Shown here in pieces: positions 57,277-64,000 of a DNA stretch of 64,000 nucleotides; within the stretch, counting starts at the first letter, position 1; every line of letters starts with the position of its first letter. The notes under the pieces were generated by a model. The model saw only the letters and a list, made by a program, of their open reading frames with translations, was not told the DNA's origin and did not search any database. This DNA is from a virus (taxonomy: Duplodnaviria; Caudoviricetes). The stretch lies in the IMG/VR virus record IMGVR_UViG_3300022654_000689, one strand, 5' to 3'. A program made the position numbers and the translations under genes.

Positions 57277-58471
57277 TTACTTACCTCTTTTTTGTATTTT
57301 ATGTTTTGGAGCGTATTCATGTCTGCCTTGAGCTTTATATTGCATATCCCAATATTTTTCAGTTTCAGCTTTTCTATATTTATCTATCATATATTGTAAT
57401 CTTTTAGCTTCTTTATCGGAAAGATGATGTTCTCTTACAAAACCATCTATTGCATTCTGCACTACATTAGTATAACCTGATTTAAGTGGAATTGTATATT
57501 CTTTACCATCAACTTCACATTTTATGCCACTTATATTTACGCCATTCATTGTAGCACCGCCCACAAATGATATATTTTTAATTTTCTTTTTATCGTCTAT
57601 TTTTCTATTAGCATCATTTTCATATACATGTTTATTTTCTCCATCAGATTTATGTTCAGCTTCATAAAGCTTAGCGGCTTTTTCAGCTTCTTTCATTATA
57701 GCGGCTCTTATTTTAGCTTTTTCACTATCTGGAACTACGTGAGTTATTCCATTAGCACTTATTCTTATTTTATTTACCCAATCTCTTATTTGAGTTTTAT
57801 ATATACCATTCCTTAAATCAAATGAAAAGCTTTGTTCAACAGCATATCCATCTTTATCAGCAAATATGACATTACCAAACATACTAGCACTATTGCTATT
57901 TCTTGGGAAGAATTCATCACCTGAAGATGGTTCTAATTTATAAAATCTAAGACCATATTTTAGTTCTTTATGATAAACATCTTTTGATAAAGCTCTTTTC
58001 TTTTGATCTTTATCCATATCTTTTATATCAGCTCTAGGAACTTTAGTATGAATATCTTTTTCGTCCCAATGAGGTCTATTAGGTATAGTCCATTTCTTAA
58101 CTTCATCTATTACTTCTTTTGCATTCTCTAGTTCAGCTTCTTCTAAGTTTTTAGCTTGATAACATCTAATTTTTATCTCTTCAACTTGTTCAACAGTTGT
58201 TGCTCTATTTACTTCATTATTGGCATTTTTTTGCAATACCAACTGCTTCTTTTACTTTATTACCTCTAATTCTATTTAATAAAGCTTGAACTTTTGTATT
58301 ACCTTTAAAACGTTCTTTTAATTCATTTATCTTTTTAATTATCAAAGACCAAACATCATTAGCAAATTTAACTATACGTCTTATTACATTTAAAACTACT
58401 TGTTTAGCTTTTGTTAAGATAGATTCTTCTTGATATAATTGGTATTTTCTTTCATTATATTGGCTATTCAT
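57277..58471 (-). CDS. Putative internal head protein, split by a frameshift in an A7 run (ORFs 58471..58217 and 58242..57277)
   Basis: Overlapping ORFs; only the first has an SD and late promoter; losing one A in GCAAAAAAATGCC fuses them. Confidence 0.55.
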
Positions 58472-58497
58472 ATCATATCTCCTTTCTTGTTATATCA

Positions 58498-58533
58498 TAT
58501 TTACTTGTTATAGAATGCAATAACATTTTCATG
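58498..58533. promoter_or_regulatory. Divergent late promoters
   Basis: Minus strand AACA-AGTAAA-TA and plus strand AACA-TTTTCA-TG. Confidence 0.6.
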
Positions 58534-58564
58534 TTAATATTAAATTAAAAAAGGAGAAAATATA

Positions 58565-59953
58565 ATGAGAATAGCTATAATAGGAGGAGGAGTTGCAGGA
58601 TTATTTGCAGCTTATACATTATTAAAAAAATTTAATGGTGAAAATATAGTGATATTTGAAAAAGGGAAACTAATTGAAAAACGTAAATGTCCAGCTGGTA
58701 AAGATAAGCAATGTATGCATTGTAATATATGTTCTATAACTAGCGGTATAGGAGGTTCTGGAGCATATAGTGATTCTAAATTAAATCTAGATAAATACAG
58801 TAAAATAGGAGGGTCACTAGGAGAGTTTTACAATCCAGAAGAATTAGAAAATTTATTTAATGAGGTACTTAAAATTTACTATGAATTTGGAATGGATCCA
58901 AATCTTAAACAATTTGGTCATGATGATAACGAAGAAACTGTTAGGATCAAAGAAAAAATTAAAAATAATCCTAATATGGAATTAGCAGAATGTGATACTA
59001 TACACCTAGGCACAGATAGAAGCCGAGAGTTGTATAGGAAAATTCAGGAGTATATTTTATCTAAAGGCGTAAAGATTTGCCAGAGTGTGTCACATATTGA
59101 AAATATGGAGGAAAAATTTTTATGTAACGGAGAAATTTTTGATTATGTAATAATAGCTACTGGTAGAAGTGGAAATTCATATCTAAAAGAACTAACTAAA
59201 GATATAGATGTTGAATTTGTTCCTAGTCGTATAGATATTGGAGTTAGAGTTGAAACTACTAATGAAGTAATGAAAGATATAAACAGTAATTTTTATGAAG
59301 CTAAGATATTCTGTAAAGGAGAATATGATGATGAAGTTAGAACTTTCTGTTCAAACCCTTCAGGAGTGGTAGCATCAGAGCAATGGGATATTAAAGACGG
59401 AAAAATATTTACGGTAAATGGTCATGCTTATGCTAACCCTAAACTTAAAACTAATAATACTAATTTTGCTCTACTTGTAACTAAAAATTTTAAAGGTGAT
59501 TTAGATGATCCATTAGAAGATTATGTATATTCAATTATTAAAATGACTAATAAACTTGCAGATAATGGAGTAATGGTTCAAAGTCTTGAAGATCTTAAGA
59601 ATTTTAGAAGAAGTACGGAAGAAAGTCTTAAAAAAATGAATCTTACCCCTACATTAAAAGCATATCCTGGTGATTTATCAAATACAATACCTTATAGAGT
59701 ATTAAAATCTATTCTAGATACCATAGAAATATTAGATGAGGTATGTCCTGGCTTAAATGATGGAAAGAATACATTGCTTTACGGAATAGAAGCTAAGTTT
59801 CATTCAAATAAAGCTAAAATAAATAAATTCGGAGAAACTAATATACCTGGAATATATTGTATCGGGGACTGCTCAGGTTATACTAGAGGAATAATGCAAG
59901 CTGCGGCTCATGGAATATTAGCAGCCACAAGTGTTATAAACAAACATATATGA
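58565..59953 (+). CDS. FAD/NAD(P)-dependent oxidoreductase (COG2509-like)
   Basis: IIGGGVAG, GIGGSGAYSDSKL, HLGTD, DIGVRVE, VRTFC, VNGH, IGDCSGYTRG. Confidence 0.88.
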   Translation: MRIAIIGGGVAGLFAAYTLLKKFNGENIVIFEKGKLIEKRKCPAGKDKQCMHCNICSITSGIGGSGAYSDSKLNLDKYSKIGGSLGEFYNPEELENLFNEVLKIYYEFGMDPNLKQFGHDDNEETVRIKEKIKNNPNMELAECDTIHLGTDRSRELYRKIQEYILSKGVKICQSVSHIENMEEKFLCNGEIFDYVIIATGRSGNSYLKELTKDIDVEFVPSRIDIGVRVETTNEVMKDINSNFYEAKIFCKGEYDDEVRTFCSNPSGVVASEQWDIKDGKIFTVNGHAYANPKLKTNNTNFALLVTKNFKGDLDDPLEDYVYSIIKMTNKLADNGVMVQSLEDLKNFRRSTEESLKKMNLTPTLKAYPGDLSNTIPYRVLKSILDTIEILDEVCPGLNDGKNTLLYGIEAKFHSNKAKINKFGETNIPGIYCIGDCSGYTRGIMQAAAHGILAATSVINKHI

Positions 59954-59979
59954 CAAAACTCGAAGGAGGTGTTGATAAT

Positions 59980-62547
59980 TTGAAACCTCTATTAAGTAAC
60001 GATTTGGCATTAGATGTGTCAATTGAAAATATGTTAATGCAAGTAGGAAATAAACCGGAAAGAGTTGTTCAATTTTATAAATATAATCAAATTCGTAGCT
60101 CTATAGAGATATCAAATATTTTAGACAATGCTAATAAAATTTATGTAGCTGCAGATTATCATTTAAATAAACCTAAAAGAATAATGGAAGGTATACCTAA
60201 AAAGATTCATGAAAGACACAATTCGGTTGTAACAGATAAAGACGCATTTTTGTTTCTAGGAGACTTAGGAGATCCTGAATACCCACTGTCTAAAAATTAT
60301 ATTAAAAAATATATAAATTCATTAAATGGAATAAAAATAATGATTTTAGGTAATAACGATATTAAAAATATTAATTATTATAAATCTTTAGGTTTCGATT
60401 ACGTTATTCAAAGTCTTAAATATAAAGATATGATATTTACACATTTTCCATATGAAACTGATTTAGTAAATATACATGGGCATATTCACGGTGCTGGTTG
60501 CTATTTAAATGTACCATTTAATAAACATCGTGACTGTTATATTGATAGTAACAATTTTTTTCCTTATGAAATAAATTACTTAAGAAATATAAAATATAAA
60601 GGTATAAATGCTAAAAGTAGGCCAATTAATGAATGTTACGAAAAGGAGATGATTTATTTGGATAATGAACTGGAAAAAAATATAGATGACTTAATTCTTA
60701 ATGAAGCTACTGTTGTTAATAAATTTAAACAAACAATGACGCTTTATAATGCAGATACAAGACCAGCGGATGTATTATATCCTAGACATCCATCGGCTGG
60801 TAATAGAATAGACAAACAATCTGGAGATGCAATATTCTTTTTCTCAACTCAAGAGGAAGCTATTAAATATGTTGTAGGTAAAGGTCTTATTAAAGAGTAT
60901 ATAGATTTCTGTGAAGATATGAACAAAGAAATAAAGAAAATAGAACAAAGTGATCCAGAAAAAGCTAAAAGAATTAGATTTTATATAGCTCAAATAAATA
61001 AATTTACTGAAGATGGAAAATATCCTCCTGTATTTAGAAAAATAGGCGTTCATATGAAATATTTTGGTTTAGATGATGCTAAAGTATTCCCTGAATTTCC
61101 ATTCTGTAGAATGTTTATAGAAAGAGCTAGTCGTTCAACTAGACCTTGTTATATACGTATTTGTAACGTGCCAACTGCTGATATTAAACATGGACATTGT
61201 GCTAACTATAAAGAATTTACAGTATTTAAACCATGTAAAGTTGATAAAATGCTTACATTTACATTAGGACAATTGTTTAGTAAAGTACCAGTTAAATATT
61301 TTAATCAATACGATGATTTTAAAAAATTCTTACCAACAATATGTAAAAACTTTGATAAAGATTTATTTAGAGGTTTAATATCTTATCCTGATTTTAGAAA
61401 ACGTCTTCAGTGGTCAGATGGTAAAACAAGTCATGAAAAACTTAATAGCATTGCTACGGAGGGGACTATAATGGAATCATATATACCTTATTGTGAATTA
61501 GAAGAACTTATGGAAGATGTATTTAATGAAGGTTTATTTAGAAGAAAAAAAGAACATGAACCTCCTAAAGAAATAGATGGAAAAGAGTTACTTACAAAAT
61601 CCGCTAAAGTTGCTTTAGGATCTGCAGCTATAGGCGGTGGTGTTACAGCTTTAGCAAATCTTAAATATCTTAGAAAAAATAAAGCCAAAAAAATAGCAGT
61701 TGAAGAAGGAGTATCATTAGAAGAAGCATTAATATTCGTGTTATCTTGTGAACAAGATCTTTTAAATGAGGGATATAGTATAGACGACATATATGAAATA
61801 GATATTATAACTGAATCAAGAAAATATCTGTTACAAGAATTATGTATAGAAGAAGAAATGTCTCTTAAAGAATCTGCATTATTGCTAACACTGATCGAAA
61901 ATGATTTTTTAAATGAAGGTTATGAATTAGAAGAAATATATAATGAAAAAGTTTTTAGTAATATCAAACAAAAATATAATGATTTTAAAGAAAAAAATAA
62001 AGACAAAATTCAAGCAGCTAAAGATTATGGTAAACTAGGATACAAAGGCGCAAAAGATAGTGTAAAAGCTGCAGCTATGGCAGCTGGAACTGGTTACATA
62101 GTAGGTCAATCTAAATTAGGAAGAAAGCTTCAAAATGGCAAAGTTACAGGAAAAGTAGCAGATTTCATGGGAGCTGGTAAAGTTGATCCTAAAGTTTATA
62201 CACCTAAATCAATAGCTAAAGGAGCAGCTATAGGAGCTGGATTATCAGTTGCCGGAGGTATGATAGGTACTCATTTTGCTAAAAAAGCTAAAGAAAGAGA
62301 AGAAAAAGAAAAGCAACAAAAACAAAATGAAGATATAAATTTAATTGAAGAAGGTTGTTCTTTAAAAAATCTTTCTAGTGATGAGTTAATAGAAAAAATG
62401 AGAGATTTAGAAAATGAAATACAAGATTTGGAACATTGGGTCAATAGTAAAGATTCTGATTCTGAAAAAGAAAAAAGACTTAAAGCTGCTAGAAAAGAAT
62501 TAGATGCTGTAGAAAAATTTTTTAAAAATAAAAAATATAACAAATAA
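59980..62547 (+). CDS. Multidomain polyprotein: calcineurin-like phosphoesterase, ART-like domain, and acidic-module/cationic-peptide repeats
   Basis: ADYH, FLGD, LGNND, THFP, NIHGHIH in the N-terminal part; later modules described under findings; SD AAGGAGG with TTG 59980. Confidence 0.7.
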   Translation: MKPLLSNDLALDVSIENMLMQVGNKPERVVQFYKYNQIRSSIEISNILDNANKIYVAADYHLNKPKRIMEGIPKKIHERHNSVVTDKDAFLFLGDLGDPEYPLSKNYIKKYINSLNGIKIMILGNNDIKNINYYKSLGFDYVIQSLKYKDMIFTHFPYETDLVNIHGHIHGAGCYLNVPFNKHRDCYIDSNNFFPYEINYLRNIKYKGINAKSRPINECYEKEMIYLDNELEKNIDDLILNEATVVNKFKQTMTLYNADTRPADVLYPRHPSAGNRIDKQSGDAIFFFSTQEEAIKYVVGKGLIKEYIDFCEDMNKEIKKIEQSDPEKAKRIRFYIAQINKFTEDGKYPPVFRKIGVHMKYFGLDDAKVFPEFPFCRMFIERASRSTRPCYIRICNVPTADIKHGHCANYKEFTVFKPCKVDKMLTFTLGQLFSKVPVKYFNQYDDFKKFLPTICKNFDKDLFRGLISYPDFRKRLQWSDGKTSHEKLNSIATEGTIMESYIPYCELEELMEDVFNEGLFRRKKEHEPPKEIDGKELLTKSAKVALGSAAIGGGVTALANLKYLRKNKAKKIAVEEGVSLEEALIFVLSCEQDLLNEGYSIDDIYEIDIITESRKYLLQELCIEEEMSLKESALLLTLIENDFLNEGYELEEIYNEKVFSNIKQKYNDFKEKNKDKIQAAKDYGKLGYKGAKDSVKAAAMAAGTGYIVGQSKLGRKLQNGKVTGKVADFMGAGKVDPKVYTPKSIAKGAAIGAGLSVAGGMIGTHFAKKAKEREEKEKQQKQNEDINLIEEGCSLKNLSSDELIEKMRDLENEIQDLEHWVNSKDSDSEKEKRLKAARKELDAVEKFFKNKKYNK

Positions 62548-62640
62548 TCATGTATATGATTGAAAATTTTTTAAAAAATTTTTTATAACAAATAATCATG
62601 AATTAAAATATAATAATTTAAAGATAACGGAGGAGAAAAA

Positions 62641-63483
62641 ATGTTAATAGATAGATATATGCAAATGCTAAGAGAAGAAGCAGATTGTGAAGTATATGAT
62701 GAAGTAGGAATGAAATATGAAGGTCCAACTCCTGAATCAAGAGCAAAAGCACAAGCACAAATGCAAAGATATAACAATGAACTAAGAGCTGGAAAAATGA
62801 GAACTGAAATAAAAGCTGGAAAAGAAAGAACTGCTAAATTAGCTAGAAAAGCTGGTCTTAAAAAAGCAGGATTAGCTGCTGCTGGTGTGGCTGCAGCAGG
62901 AGGAGCTGTTTATGGTGGTAAAAAATTAGCAGACCATATAAAAGCTAAAAGAGCAGCTAAAGCTAAAGAAGTAGCAGTAGAAGAAGGAGTATCATTAGAC
63001 GAAGCATTTGAATATGTATTAGAGTGTGAACAATATCTTTTAAATGAAGGATATGAATTTGAAGACATATATGATGAAGATTATGACATGGAAGAAGTAT
63101 ATGATGAAGTAGGAATGAAATATGAAGGTCCAACTCCTGAATCAAGAGCAAAAGCACAAGCACAAATGCAAAGATATAACAATGAACTAAGAGCTGGAAA
63201 AATGAGAACTGAAATAAAAGCTGGAAAAGAAAGAACTGCTAAATTAGCTAGAAAAGCTGGTCTTAAAAAAGCAGGATTAGCTGCTGCTGGAGCAGCTGCG
63301 TTAGGTGGAGCTGCATACGGAGTAAACAAAGCTATAAAAGCTAGAAGAGCTAAAAAAGCTGCTGAAGTTGCAGTAGAAGAAGGAGTATCATTAGACGAAG
63401 CAATGATGTGGGTATTAGAATGTGAACAAGAATACTTAAATGAAGGATACGACTTTATCGATATATATGGAGATTGGGAATAA
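62641..63483 (+). CDS. Tandem-repeat protein (two cationic Ala/Gly-rich peptide plus acidic module units)
   Basis: SD GGAGG, AACA-N6-CA upstream; two units of about 135 aa. Confidence 0.75.
   Translation: MLIDRYMQMLREEADCEVYDEVGMKYEGPTPESRAKAQAQMQRYNNELRAGKMRTEIKAGKERTAKLARKAGLKKAGLAAAGVAAAGGAVYGGKKLADHIKAKRAAKAKEVAVEEGVSLDEAFEYVLECEQYLLNEGYEFEDIYDEDYDMEEVYDEVGMKYEGPTPESRAKAQAQMQRYNNELRAGKMRTEIKAGKERTAKLARKAGLKKAGLAAAGAAALGGAAYGVNKAIKARRAKKAAEVAVEEGVSLDEAMMWVLECEQEYLNEGYDFIDIYGDWE
62689..63290 (+). repeat. 197-bp perfect direct repeat (62689..62885 and 63094..63290)
   Basis: Identical copies by eye, period 405 bp, in frame. Confidence 0.9.
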
Positions 63484-63489
63484 TAAAAT

Positions 63490-63518
63490 ATAGGATAGAT
63501 CATTTTGATCTATCCTAT
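63490..63518 (+). terminator. Terminator hairpin
   Basis: ATAGGATAGATCA/TGATCTATCCTAT stem. Confidence 0.7.
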
Positions 63519-63698
63519 TATTACTTTGTAATTTTATTTTATTTCCTTAATTTTAATATTTAATTTGTAATATTTAATTATTAATTTCAAATATATATTA
63601 TTACTTTGTAGCAGAGTGTATGAACAAATTGTTACCTATAATTTTACGCGTATTATTACATCAAATTTTAATTAAATTAGTGAGTGGAGGTATATAGT

Positions 63699-64000
63699 AT
63701 GATGGAGTACAATAATAAAACTAATAATACCATGGGAGGGAATACAATTATGTTTAACTATGATGAACTTACTAAAAAGATAAACGAGATAATGAATTTA
63801 CAGAATATAGAGAATGCTAACGCTAATGTAGACGAAGCTAGTTTCTCAGGTAAGAATGAAAAAGCTGCTGGATTATTACTTAAAGATTATGCACTTGACA
63901 ATTTGATTGATCCTAAGATAGCTCAATATCATAGAGATGGAATATTATACACTCATGATCTAGACAGATATGCATCAGGTATGCATAATTGTCTTATAGT
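63699..64000 (+). CDS. nrdD: Anaerobic ribonucleoside-triphosphate reductase, 5' part (alternative start 63750)
   Basis: Own translation: IENANANVDEASFSG..HRDGILYTHDLDRYASGMHNCL; runs off the window. Confidence 0.85.
   Translation, partial: MMEYNNKTNNTMGGNTIMFNYDELTKKINEIMNLQNIENANANVDEASFSGKNEKAAGLLLKDYALDNLIDPKIAQYHRDGILYTHDLDRYASGMHNCLI

Noticed and set aside
62689-63290. Direct repeat as a DGR template/variable pair or a CRISPR array
   Set aside because: The copies are identical, in-frame coding repeats with no adenine-specific mismatches; no reverse transcriptase or spacer structure is present.

Overview
Very AT-rich segment of a jumbo phage genome of the AR9/PBS1/phiKZ-like type (own multisubunit RNA polymerases, split family-B DNA polymerase, portal, baseplate and tail genes). 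The host is probably an anaerobic Firmicute: GGAGG Shine-Dalgarno sites, amidase_3+SPOR endolysin, NrdD. Seven group I introns were resolved to the nucleotide by hand, using P1 pairing, the terminal G and restoration of the reading frame. They interrupt conserved or catalytic motifs of two RNAP beta'-type subunits, both DNA polymerase halves, the endolysin, a CotH-kinase/LRR giant protein and a metallophosphoesterase. Three are ORF-less mini-introns of 194-205 nt, three carry homing endonucleases and one carries a deleted remnant. An AACA-N6-YR late-promoter motif like that of AR9 and a YATATTAT early-type motif recur upstream of genes. Best candidates for something new: (i) putative virion polyproteins alternating a conserved acidic module with Glu-free cationic Gly/Ala-rich peptides, fused to phosphoesterase and ART-like domains; (ii) several small proteins sharing a C-terminal Y-x-[ED]-x-[LIMV]-L tag; (iii) an intron lacking the U-G 5' splice-site wobble; (iv) an orphan single-chain tandem MazF; (v) a phage glycogen phosphorylase and an HD-GYP-like protein. 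All calls are by-eye motif recognition; no searches were run.
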